Below are positions 44,941 to 58,533 of a DNA stretch of 64,000 nucleotides, piece after piece (position 1 is the first letter of the stretch; every line of letters starts with the position of its first letter). The notes beneath the pieces were generated by a model that had not been told where the DNA came from, searched no databases, and saw only the letters and a program-made list of their open reading frames with translations. Origin of the DNA: Eledone cirrhosa (taxonomy: Eukaryota); the NCBI GenBank assembly GCA_964016885.1, contig OZ024741.1, positions 389,298,001 to 389,362,000 on the forward strand. Direction: 5' to 3'. Made by a program: the position numbers and the translations under genes.

Positions 44941-45056
44941 TGTATGTATGTATGTATGTATGTATGTATGTATGTATGTATGTATGTATGTATGTATGTA
45001 TGTATGTATGTATGTATGTATATGTATGTATGTATATATATGTATGTGTATGTATG

Positions 45057-45092
<36 letters not shown>

Positions 45093-45168
45093 TGTATGTA
45101 TGTATGTATGTATATATATATGTATGTATGTATGTATATGTATGTATATATATATATATGTATGTATG

Positions 45169-45199
<31 letters not shown>

Positions 45200-45202
45200 A
45201 TA

Positions 45203-45238
<36 letters not shown>

Positions 45239-45284
45239 TGTATGTATATATATATATATGTATGTATATATGTATGTATATATG

Positions 45285-45315
<31 letters not shown>

Positions 45316-45352
45316 GTATGTATATATGTATGTATATATGTATGTATATATG

Positions 45353-45428
<76 letters not shown>

Positions 45429-45985
45429 TCATGGTCGGGTCGTTGGCGACTAAACTGGCAACCCCACCAAGGTTTCTTGGTGAGGAGGGTGACTTTGGAC
45501 ATCCTGCAGGACGAAAAACAAAACCTGTCAAAGGGCAAAGGAGCTCTTAAGAATCAATGGCCATCCAAAATCACCGGGAGAGATGACCCCTTAGCCTTTG
45601 TCAAGGCAGAATTCTAGGAGAAGGAAAACTCTGATATAACACCTGCAACTCTGATGGTATCCAATGATGTTGACATGTTCTTCTTTTTGGTAAATATCAT
45701 CTTGGTTAAGAGAGTGGGACTGGCTTTGTGCAGTGCCTTTGCTCACTATAAAAGCTTCACGGCACAGGCATTGCTTTATATCTGGAGATCTCTCTGCACT
45801 TGTCGTCACATGGTACCATGGGCCCAGCACTATGAGTCAATAATTGTCACAAGTGTAGTGTTTGTACCAGAGTTTTCAAGTCGCTGGCTGGACTAAAAAG
45901 TCACACTCGTTCAGCGCATCGGTAGGGGTTCTCCTACATTGATATAAAGTAGTGGCCGTACTCGAAAACGAGTTGGCAGCCACCA

Positions 45986-46092
<107 letters not shown>

Positions 46093-46105
46093 GTATATAT
46101 ATATG

Positions 46106-46170
<65 letters not shown>

Positions 46171-46882
46171 GTATATATATATATGTATATATATATGTAT
46201 ATATGTATATATATATATGTATATATATATATGTATATATATATATGTATATATATATATGTATATATATGTATATATATATATGTATATATATGTATAT
46301 ATATATATGTATATATATATATGTATATATATATATGTATATATATATATGTATATATATATATGTATGTATATATATATATATATATATGTATGTAGAT
46401 AAATATGTATGTATATATATGTATGTATATGTATGTATATATATGTATGTATGTATATGTATGTATATATACATATGTATGTATATATATATGTATGTAT
46501 GTATATATATATATGTATATATATATGTATGTATATATATATATGTATATATATATGTATGTATATATATATATGTATGTATATATATCTATGTATATAT
46601 ATATGTATGTATATATATATGTATGTATATATATATATGTATGTATATATATATGTATGTATATATATATTATGTCAGGTCACCAGTTGGTGCTACTGGT
46701 AACATGTATCCCAGTACAACCTGTCTCATGGTCGGGTCGTTGGCGACTAAACTGGCAACCCCACCAAGGTTTCTTGGTGAGGAGGGTGACTTTGGACATC
46801 CTGCAGGACTAAAAACAAAACCTGGATATATATATATATACGATATTAATAAATGGAAACTATATTTACAAAACCATATTTA

Positions 46883-46942
46883 TTTCATTATACATATTTC
46901 AGGGATACCACATTAAATTATGGTATGCCTTCATCAGACAAA
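46883..46942 (-). ncRNA. Hammerhead ribozyme in the 3' pLTR
   Basis: Reverse complement: TTTGT-CTGATGA-AGGcATACCA-taatttaatg-TGGTATcCCT-GAAA-TATGTA-TA^ATGAA. Confidence 0.7.
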
Positions 46943-48553
46943 GTACAATATATAACAGTTTTACAAATAGGTTTGACGTACCCTTTTAAAATACAACCAT
47001 TACTTTTGGAGGCTGTCTGGATAGTCATTTGTTTATATAATAAGTCATAGTGTTAAGCACAATTAGAAAAAGACGGAGAGAAAGAAAAAAACGGAGAGAA
47101 AGAAAAAAGACGGAGAGAGAGAAAAGTACAAAGACGGAGAGAGAGAAAGAAAAGAGAAAGAAAACCTGGAGAAATATCGGAGAGAGAGAGTAAAATGTAT
47201 GGAGAAAAGAAAGAGATAGATAAAGATAGGAGGAAATAAAAAGAAAGAAAAGGAAGGAATGAGAAAAACAAAGGAAAGCAACAGAGAGATATCATGTCAT
47301 CATACAGAAAGAAAAACTCAAGAGAGAGAAATACTATATAGAGAGAGGGGGGACAGTGACAACTTTACGTCATGTCATATTAAGTTGAGTTAACAATTTA
47401 TATGAAATGAATAATAAAAATATAAATATAAGTATCAATATTCATGAATGGGACATAGATATATAATATGACAAATTAAACATTGTTCAATAATGACCAC
47501 ATGTTTAGTTTAGAAACTTGAGATCAATATACCAAAATCTGAGTTCAAAATGTACCCTTGCTATAGAGATTAGTATTTTATGAAAAGACATACAAATATA
47601 TATGTATATATACATACATATAGATACGCACGTTCTGAAAATAGAAATTATGTTTACTCAAGCCAACAATATAGCCATACAAAACGTAAATGATTTCTCT
47701 TAATCACTGCTATACATTCCTTGTGTTATAAAAATTTCACAGTATATATATACAAATATATACGATTTACAATCATGTCCTCATATATACGCTTACCATT
47801 CATGTGTTTAATATTATGCACATCTGCAACATACCTCTCAACCACATAGATATATACACATATATATATACACATACATATGTATAAATAAATATTTGCG
47901 TACGTCCTCATGCATCACTCATGTATATATACAGACACATATACAAACACAAAAAATCTATAACACTTTCTATGCATGTTAATACACACATATGGATTTG
48001 TATAGAGATAATCCAATATCAATAAATTACCAAAGGATTATAATTTGTAAATATAACCTTAACAATATAAATTTAAAACACCAAAGGAATATATTTTGGA
48101 AATGCAACTATATAGTCAAAAGAAATCTAGAAATATCAAAGCATTAAATATCATTAAAACACTATAGAGTATCTTAAGTTAAAATAATATGTTTTATATA
48201 TTTAGTATAGAAATTTATCCTACGTATATCTCAATCAAGATATTGAGAGGGTAGACTTGTGAAAGTTATGAGAAGCTATCATAATCAAAACAAATAAATA
48301 AAAATAATTTAAAAGATTTAAAAAATTAAAAAAAATTTAAAAAACCCAATGATTCTACAGATAACCTTATATTTAGTATAGAAATTTACCTTACGTATAT
48401 TTTATTTAATACATTGGAAGTATAGACATTTTAGAGTAGTTTATTATATCCATGTTTATATTTAGGAAGAAAGTTTAAAAAGAAAAAGGTGAAGGAATCT
48501 AATGGATTATCGACAGGTTCCATATATTAACTAAAATTACTTAATTAATTATA

Positions 48554-50761
48554 CTACATTTTAAATTTATATTTATATTTAAACGTTGAGTTCAATCTAT
48601 GTCTGCAGCAACTGAATAAATTGTTCCTTAGATTAAGGGAATTTTTGGACTTTAATATAAAGAATATTTCTTCAATACAAAGATCACAATTCTCTGAAGA
48701 GGAATTAAAAGGAGTAGCTTTTGAAATAATATTCCAATTCATCGAATATTTAATATTATCTCGTTTTAGGTCCCATAGTAGGCTAGATAGCGAAGTTGAA
48801 GAGTTTTTGTTTGGATGTGTGAAAGAATTCTTATGATTATTGAAGCGAAATTTAAATTCTGTAGAGGTGGAACCAACATAGTTAAATGAATTTAAATTAG
48901 TTTTAACACTACAATTGTACACTACATTTTTAGCTAAGCAGTTGTTACTTAACGGACAGTTAGATTTATTTCTACAGTTACAGTTATTTAATTGAATATT
49001 GTTTGGGTTATTATTGGTATTTTGGTTAGGTTTTAAATTCCTATTATTAATTCTATTAATATTTTGTGCTAAATTTTTGGTGGACGAGTAAGTTAATTTT
49101 ATAGTGTGTCTATTAAAAATTGAGTGATATTTATATGTTCTAGGGAAGCGTGTGTCAAGAGCTTTAAAGAATAGTTTAGCAATAGGGGTTTTAATATTTA
49201 GTGAGAAAGGGGGAGCAAACCATAATATATTTCTAGTTCTATTTCTTTTTCGGCTTTTGGAATTATTGTAATGTTTTCTATTATAGTTGTTAAAGTTGTT
49301 ACCGTAATTGAAATTGTTATTATTTTGGTTAGTTTGCTTATTATTATTATTATCGATGTATTTAATTTTATTTCTATATCCAGCTCTAGCTAATGCTTCG
49401 TTGTAATACTGCGCTTTTTCATCAAATATATTTTTATTAGATGCAATTCTTGAAATTCGTTCTTGAACAGAGTTCACTATAGTATTTTTAACAGATCTGG
49501 GGTGATTAGAGTTAAAGTTGACATAATTCAAGTTCTCATTTAGTTTGTGAAATGGATAATGAAGACATGTGTTGAGATTTAGTGTTACATCAAGGAAATT
49601 GACTATTCTATGGTTATTCTCTATTTCTATTTTTAGATTAAGGTAATTAAAAAATTGTATAATTTGTTTTCTTTTTCTATTTAGTTCACAGCTATTATCT
49701 TCTATAAGTAAAAGCATGTCATCACGATATAATCCTCCGGTTACACCTGGTATTTTTCTATGTAGCGAATTAATTATAAATAGGCCCACAAGGTCCGTTA
49801 CCTGAGCTGAGTCTGATGATCCCATAGTTATGTCGAAATTATTATTTCTATCTGCCCTAGTCCAGAGTTGGTTATTAAATTCTATCAATGTTTTCCTTGC
49901 CGATAATATAATGTGCATTTCATTGCTAGTTAAGTCAGTATGTTTAAATGCGTGATCTAATGCCTTATTCAGTAGATTAGGAGTGATATCCAGCTGAATA
50001 AACTTATTATTACAGTTATATTTAATTTCTTTAAACCAATCAATAACCTCACTAGTCCCTTTCCATAATTTTAAGTAAGATAAATTAGGTAAGTTTATAA
50101 TTTGTTGTATTACCCTGTCTAGAATATTTTTGCTAAGTTTTCCCAGGTCAGATTTGGATGGTGCAATTAATCTGACTGGTAAATCATTTTCAAAGTTTCT
50201 TTTGTGATCCTTCATATTGATCTTGGGTTTCCTAGGCATGAAGGGTTGTGTTTTATTCTCAATGTCTAATTCATGCATTATACAAGATGCATCTGTATTC
50301 AGTTTTTCAAGTTCATCCTTACTTGCTACCTTGTACTTTTTCCTTAGTTCTTTCAATATAAGGTCGTTATACATGTCCTTTTGTACTCCATAAAGGTTGT
50401 TAGTTTTGTCCGACTTCGGTAAAATGTTCTCTGTTTTCTCCAGGTTTTCAATAATATCCTTAATACATCTTAAGTAGTCCTGGCCTTTGAAGTTTCTCTT
50501 GAATTTGATGCCTTGGATGATAGATACTATATCGTTTTCAAAATACATTAGTAGTTTGTTGGGGGGTGGATTTTTTTTAGATTTGAAAATTTTATCCAGA
50601 TTTGAAACATTTTCATTTAGATTAGATTTATCAAAGTGGAAAGCACGCCACCTGATTCTTCTTATAAAAGAGTCTGATTTTTCTATTAATTGTTTAATAA
50701 AACCTTTGTTCCTAGGTAGAGGTATGTCTTTTAGAGAAGAAGAGATGTTAAAGAATTCCAA
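48554..50761 (-). CDS. PLE polyprotein, 735 aa (RT with YRDD + C-terminal GIY-YIG; Nematis-like by recall)
   Basis: SLKDIPLP...RRIRWRAF, VRLIAPSKSDLG, FDITMGSSDSAQVTDLVG, GGLYRDDML, VNFLDV, CNC...CPLSNNCL..NVVY...YVGST..FKFRFNNH. Confidence 0.93.
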   Translation of the reverse strand: MEFFNISSSLKDIPLPRNKGFIKQLIEKSDSFIRRIRWRAFHFDKSNLNENVSNLDKIFKSKKNPPPNKLLMYFENDIVSIIQGIKFKRNFKGQDYLRCIKDIIENLEKTENILPKSDKTNNLYGVQKDMYNDLILKELRKKYKVASKDELEKLNTDASCIMHELDIENKTQPFMPRKPKINMKDHKRNFENDLPVRLIAPSKSDLGKLSKNILDRVIQQIINLPNLSYLKLWKGTSEVIDWFKEIKYNCNNKFIQLDITPNLLNKALDHAFKHTDLTSNEMHIILSARKTLIEFNNQLWTRADRNNNFDITMGSSDSAQVTDLVGLFIINSLHRKIPGVTGGLYRDDMLLLIEDNSCELNRKRKQIIQFFNYLNLKIEIENNHRIVNFLDVTLNLNTCLHYPFHKLNENLNYVNFNSNHPRSVKNTIVNSVQERISRIASNKNIFDEKAQYYNEALARAGYRNKIKYIDNNNNKQTNQNNNNFNYGNNFNNYNRKHYNNSKSRKRNRTRNILWFAPPFSLNIKTPIAKLFFKALDTRFPRTYKYHSIFNRHTIKLTYSSTKNLAQNINRINNRNLKPNQNTNNNPNNIQLNNCNCRNKSNCPLSNNCLAKNVVYNCSVKTNLNSFNYVGSTSTEFKFRFNNHKNSFTHPNKNSSTSLSSLLWDLKRDNIKYSMNWNIISKATPFNSSSENCDLCIEEIFFILKSKNSLNLRNNLFSCCRHRLNSTFKYKYKFKM

Positions 50762-50944
50762 TTTTTTCAGTTATAATGTAAAGCGCTCAACAATATAGGA
50801 GCAGAATATATGCAAAAGTTCTATTTAAAGTTGTTGGGATAAAACAAGTAAATATTTTTATAACTGATATAAAGCACTCGACAAATTTTTGGAGTAGATA
50901 TACGATATTAATAAATGGAAACTATATTTATAAAACCATATTTA

Positions 50945-51004
50945 TTTCATTATACATATTTCAGGGATACCACATTAAATTATGGTATGCCTTCATCAGA
51001 AAAA
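50945..51004 (-). ncRNA. Hammerhead ribozyme in the 5' pLTR
   Basis: Same motif as 46883-46942, with a weaker stem I. Confidence 0.6.
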
Positions 51005-52232
51005 ATACAATATATAACAGTTTTACAAATAGGTTTGACGTATCCTTTTAAAATACAACCATTACTTTTGGAGGCTGTCTGGATAGTGATTTGTTTATAT
51101 AATAAGTCATAGTGTTAAGCACAATTAGAAAAATACGGAGAGAAAGAAAAAAACGGAGAGAAAGAAAAAAGACGGAGAGAGAGAAAAGAACAAAGACGGA
51201 GAGAGAGAAGGAAAAGAGAAAGAAAACCTGGAGAAATATCGGAGAGAGAAAAATGTATGGAGAAAAGAAAGAAATAGATAAAGATAGGAGGAAATAAAAA
51301 AGAAAGAAAAGGAAGGAATGAGAAAAACAAAGGAAAGCAACAGAGAGATATCAAGTCATCATACAGAAAGAAAAACTCAAGAGAGAGAAATACTATATAG
51401 AGAGAGGGGGGACAGTGACAACTTTACGTCATGTCATATTAAGTTGAGTTAACAATTTATATGAAATGAATAATAAAAATATAAATATAAGTATCAATAT
51501 TCAAACTTTAAATAGAACTTTTGCATATATATATATGTATTTATATATATATGTGTATATATGTATGTATATATATATGTATATATGTATGTATATATAT
51601 GTATGTATGTATATATATGTATATATGTATGTATATATGTATATATGTATGTATATATATGTATGAGAGATGACCCCTTAGCCTTTGTCAAGGCAGAATT
51701 CTAGGAGAAGGAAAACTCTGATATAACACCTGCAACCCTGATGGTATCCAATGATGTTGACTTGTTCTTCTTTTTGGTAAATATCATCTTGGTTAAGAGA
51801 GTGGGACTGGCTTTGTGCAGTGCCTTTGCTCACTATAAAAGCTTCACGGCACAGGCATTGCTTTATATCTGGAGATCTCTCTGCACTTGTCGTCACATGG
51901 TACCATGGGCCCAGCACTGTGTCAATAATTGTCACAAGTGTAGTGTTTGTACCAGTTTTCAAGTCGTTGGCTGGACTAAAAAGTCACACTTGTTCAGCGT
52001 ATCGGTAGGGGTTCTCTTACATGGATATAAAGTAGTGGCCGTACTCGAAAACGAGTTGGCAGCCACCATATATATATATATATATGTATTTATATGTATA
52101 TATGTATATATGTATGTATATATATATATGTATATATGTATATATATATATGTATTTATATATATATATGTATTTATATATATATATATGTTTATATGTA
52201 TGTATATATATATATATATGTTTATATGTATG

Positions 52233-52313
<81 letters not shown>

Positions 52314-52447
52314 GTATATATATATATGTATGTATATATATATATGTATGTATATATATATATGTATATATGTATGTATGTATATATATATATATGTATA
52401 TATGTATGTATGTATATATGTATGTATATATATATATGTGTATATAT

Positions 52448-52499
<52 letters not shown>

Positions 52500-52528
52500 G
52501 TATATATATATATATATGTATATATATG

Positions 52529-52596
<68 letters not shown>

Positions 52597-52597
52597 A

Positions 52598-52631
<34 letters not shown>

Positions 52632-52656
52632 GTATATATATATATATATATGTATG

Positions 52657-52756
<100 letters not shown>

Positions 52757-52816
52757 TGTGTATATATATATATATGTATGTATATATATATATGTATATA
52801 TATATATATGTGTATG

Positions 52817-52950
<134 letters not shown>

Positions 52951-52976
52951 TATGTATGTATATATATATATGTATG

Positions 52977-53008
<32 letters not shown>

Positions 53009-53014
53009 TGTATG

Positions 53015-53097
<83 letters not shown>

Positions 53098-53110
53098 GTA
53101 TGTATGTATG

Positions 53111-53145
<35 letters not shown>

Positions 53146-53154
53146 GTATGTATG

Positions 53155-53207
<53 letters not shown>

Positions 53208-53950
53208 GTATGTATATATATATATGTATGTATATATATATGTATGTATACATATATGTATGTATATATATGTCAGGTCACCAGTTGGCGCTACTGGTAA
53301 CATGTATCCCAGTACAACCTGTCTCATGGTCGGGTCGTTGGCGACTAAACTGGCAACCCCACCAAGGTTTCTTTGTGAGGAGGGTGACTTTGGACATCCT
53401 GCAGGACTAAAAACAAAACCTGTCAAAGGGCAAAGGAGCTCTTAAGAGTCAATGGCCATCCAAAATCACCGGGAGAGATGACCCCTTAGCCTTTGTCAAG
53501 GCAGAATTCTAGGAGAAGGAAAACTCTGATATAACACCTGCAACCTTGATGGTATCCAATGATGTTGACTTGTTCTTCTTTTTGGTAAATATCATCTTGG
53601 TTAAGAGAGTGGGACTGGCTTTGTGCAGTGCCTTTGCTCACTATAAAAGCTTCACGGCACAGGCATTGCTTTATATCTGGAGATCTCTCTGCACTTGTCC
53701 TCACATGGTACCATGGGCCCAGCACTATGTGTCAATAATTGTCACAAGTGTAGTGTTTGTACCAGAGTTTTCAAGTCGCTGGCTGGACTAAAAAGTCACA
53801 CTCATGCAGCGCTTCGGTAGGGGTTCTCCTACATGGATATAAAGTAGTGGCCGTACTCGAAAACGAGTTGGCAGCCACCATGTATATATATATATGTATG
53901 TATATATATATATGTATGTATATATATATGTATGTATATATATATGTATG

Positions 53951-54041
<91 letters not shown>

Positions 54042-54125
54042 GTATGTATATATATATATATGTATGTATATATATATATGTATGTATATATATATATGTA
54101 TGTATATATATATGTATGTATATAT

Positions 54126-54196
<71 letters not shown>

Positions 54197-54220
54197 TGTA
54201 TGTATATATATATATGTATG

Positions 54221-54251
<31 letters not shown>

Positions 54252-54435
54252 GTATATATATATGTATATATATATATATGTATATATATATGTATATATG
54301 TATGTATATATATATATATGTATATATGTATGTATGTATATATGTATGTATATATATATATGTATGTATATATATATATATGTATATATGTATGTATGTA
54401 TATATGTATGTATATATATATATATGTGTATATAT

Positions 54436-54515
<80 letters not shown>

Positions 54516-54520
54516 GTATC

Positions 54521-54551
<31 letters not shown>

Positions 54552-54566
54552 GTATGTATATATGTA

Positions 54567-54607
<41 letters not shown>

Positions 54608-54622
54608 GTATGTATATATGTA

Positions 54623-54861
<239 letters not shown>

Positions 54862-56301
54862 GTATATATATATATGTATGTATATATATATATGTATGTA
54901 TATATATGTATATATATATATATATATGTGTATGTATATATATATATATCATCTTGGTTAAGAGAGTGGGACTGGCTTTGTGCATTGCCTTTGCTCACTA
55001 TAAAAGCTTCACGGCACAGGCATTGCTTTGTATCTGGAGATCTCTCTGCACTTGTCGTCACATGGTACCATGGGGCCTGCACTGTGACAATAATTGTCAT
55101 AAGTGTAGTGTTTGTACTAGAGTTTTCAAGTCGCTGGCTGGACTTAAAAGTCACACTCGTTCAGCGCATCAGTAGGGGTTTTCCTACATGGATATAAAGT
55201 AGTGGCCGTACTCGAAAACGAGTTGGCAGCCACCATGTATGTATGTATATATATATATATGTATGTATGTATGTATGTATATATATATGTCAGGTCAACA
55301 GTTGGTGCTACTGGTAACATGTATCCCAGTACAACCTGTCCCATGGTCGGGTCGTTGGCGACTAAACTGGCAACCCCACCAAGGTTTCTTGGTGAGGAGG
55401 GTGACTTTGGACATCCTGCATGACTAAAAACAAAACCTGTCAAAGGGCAAAGGAGCTCTTAAGAGTCAATGGCCATCCAAAATCACCGGGATAGATGACC
55501 CCTTAGCCTTTGTCAGGGCAGAATTCTAGGAGAGGGAAAACTCTGATATAACACCTGCAACTCTGATGGTATCCAATGATGTTGACTTGTTCTTCTTTTT
55601 GGTAAATATCATCTTGGTTAAGAGAGTGGGACTGGCTTTGTGCAGTGCCTTTGCTCACTATAAAAGCTTCACGGCACAGGCATTGCTTTATGTCTGGAGA
55701 TCTCTCTCCACTTGTCGTCACATGGTACCATGGGCCCAGCACTATGTGTCAATAATTGTCACAGGTGTAGTGTTTGTACCAGTCGCTGGCTGGACTGTAA
55801 AGTCACACTTGTTTAGCGCATCGGTAGGGGTTCTCCTACATGGATATAAAGTAGTGGCCGTACTCGAAAACGAGTTGGCAGCCACCATATATGTATATAT
55901 ATGTATGTATATATGTATATATATATATGTATGTATATATGTATATATATGTATATGTATGTATATATCTATATATATATATATATATGTATGTATATAT
56001 GTATATATATGTATGTATATATATATATATATATGTATGTATATATGTATATATATATATGTATGTATATATGTATATATATATATGTATGTATATATGT
56101 ATATATATATATATATGTATATATGTATATATATATGTATGTATATACGTATATATATATATATGTATATATGTATATATATATGTATGTATATACGTAT
56201 ATATATATATGTATGTATATACGTATATATATATATGTATGTATATACGTATATATATATATGTATGTATATATGTATATATATATATGTATATATATAT
56301 G

Positions 56302-56357
<56 letters not shown>

Positions 56358-56383
56358 TATATGTATGTATATATATATGTATG

Positions 56384-56442
<59 letters not shown>

Positions 56443-57376
56443 GTATATATATACATATATATATATTATGTCAGGTCACCAGTTGGTGCTACTGGTAACA
56501 TGTATCCCAGTACAACCTGTCCCATGGTCGGGTCGTTGGCGACTAAACTGGCAACCCCACCAAGGTTTCTTGGTGGGGAGGGTGACTTTGGACATCCTGC
56601 AGGACTAAAAACAAAACCTGTCAAAGGGCAAAGGACCTCTTAAGAGTCAATGGCCATCCAAAATCATAGGGAGAGATGACCCCTTAGCCTTTGTCAAGGC
56701 AGAATTCTAGGAGAAGGAAAACTCTGATATAACACCTGCAACCCTGATGGTATCCAATGATGTTGACTTGTTCTTCTTTTTGGTAAATATCATCTTGGTT
56801 AAGAGAGTGGGACTGGCTTTGTGCATTACCTTTGCTCACTATAAAAGCTTCACGGCACAGACATTGCTTTGTATCTGGAGATCTCTCTGCACTTGTCGTC
56901 ACATGGTACCATGGGCCCAGCACTATGTGTCAATGATTGTCACAAGTGTAGTGTTTGTACCAGAGTTTTCAAGTCACTGGCTGGACTAAAAAGTCACACT
57001 CGTTCAGCGCATCGGAAGGGGTTCTCCTACATGGATATAAAGTAGTGGCCGTACTCGAAAACGAGTTGGCAGCCACCATATATATATATATATATGTATG
57101 TATATATATATATATATATATGTATATTTATATATATATATATATATATGTATGTATATATGTATGTATATATATGTGTGTATATATGTATGTATTTATA
57201 TATATACATGTATGTATATATGTATATATATGTGTGTATATATGTATATATATATATATATGTATGTATATATATATATGTATATATATATGTATATATG
57301 TATATATATGTGTGTATATATGTATGTATATATGTGTGTATATATGTATGTATATATATATATATATATGTATGTA

Positions 57377-57407
<31 letters not shown>

Positions 57408-57448
57408 GGATGTATATATATATATAAGTATGTATATATATATGGATG

Positions 57449-57483
<35 letters not shown>

Positions 57484-57494
57484 ATATATATGGA

Positions 57495-57527
<33 letters not shown>

Positions 57528-57652
57528 ATATATATGTATGTGTATATATGTATATATATATGTATGTATATATATATATATATATATGTATGTATATATG
57601 TATATATATATATGTATGTATATATATATATATATATATGTATGTATATATG

Positions 57653-57685
<33 letters not shown>

Positions 57686-57690
57686 GTATG

Positions 57691-57733
<43 letters not shown>

Positions 57734-58364
57734 ATATGTATATATATATATATGTATGTATATATGTATATATATATGTATGTATATATGTATATATATA
57801 TACATATATATATATGTATATATATATGTATATATATATATATGTATGTATATATGTATATATATATATATGTATGTATATATGTATATATATATATATG
57901 TATGTATATATCTATGTATATATGTATATATATATATATATGTATGTATATATCTACATATATATGTATATATATATATATATGTATGTATATATCTACA
58001 TATATATGTATATATATATATATATGTATGTATATATCTACATATATATATACATGTATATGTATATATATATATATGTATGTATATGTATATATATATA
58101 TGTATGTATATATATATATATGTATATGTATATATATATCTGTATATGTATATATATATATATATGTATGTATATATATGTATATATGTATATGTGTATA
58201 TATATATATATATATGTATGTGTATATATATGTATATATGTATATGTGTATATATATATATATATATGTATGTATATATATATATATATATGTATGTATA
58301 TATCCACATATATATATATATATGTATGTATGTATGTATGTATATATATATATATGTATGTATG

Positions 58365-58426
<62 letters not shown>

Positions 58427-58428
58427 TG

Positions 58429-58475
<47 letters not shown>

Positions 58476-58533
58476 ATATGTATATATATATATGTGTATG
58501 TATATATGTATATATATGTATGTATATATGTAT

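Larger units (their letters stand above)
46826..51530 (-). mobile_element. Near full-length Penelope-like element with two ~600-bp direct pseudo-LTRs and a short inverted 5' tail
   Basis: 46835-47445 is nearly identical to 50899-51502. 51503-51530 is the inverted copy of ~50806-50832. The ORF lies between the repeats. Confidence 0.93.
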
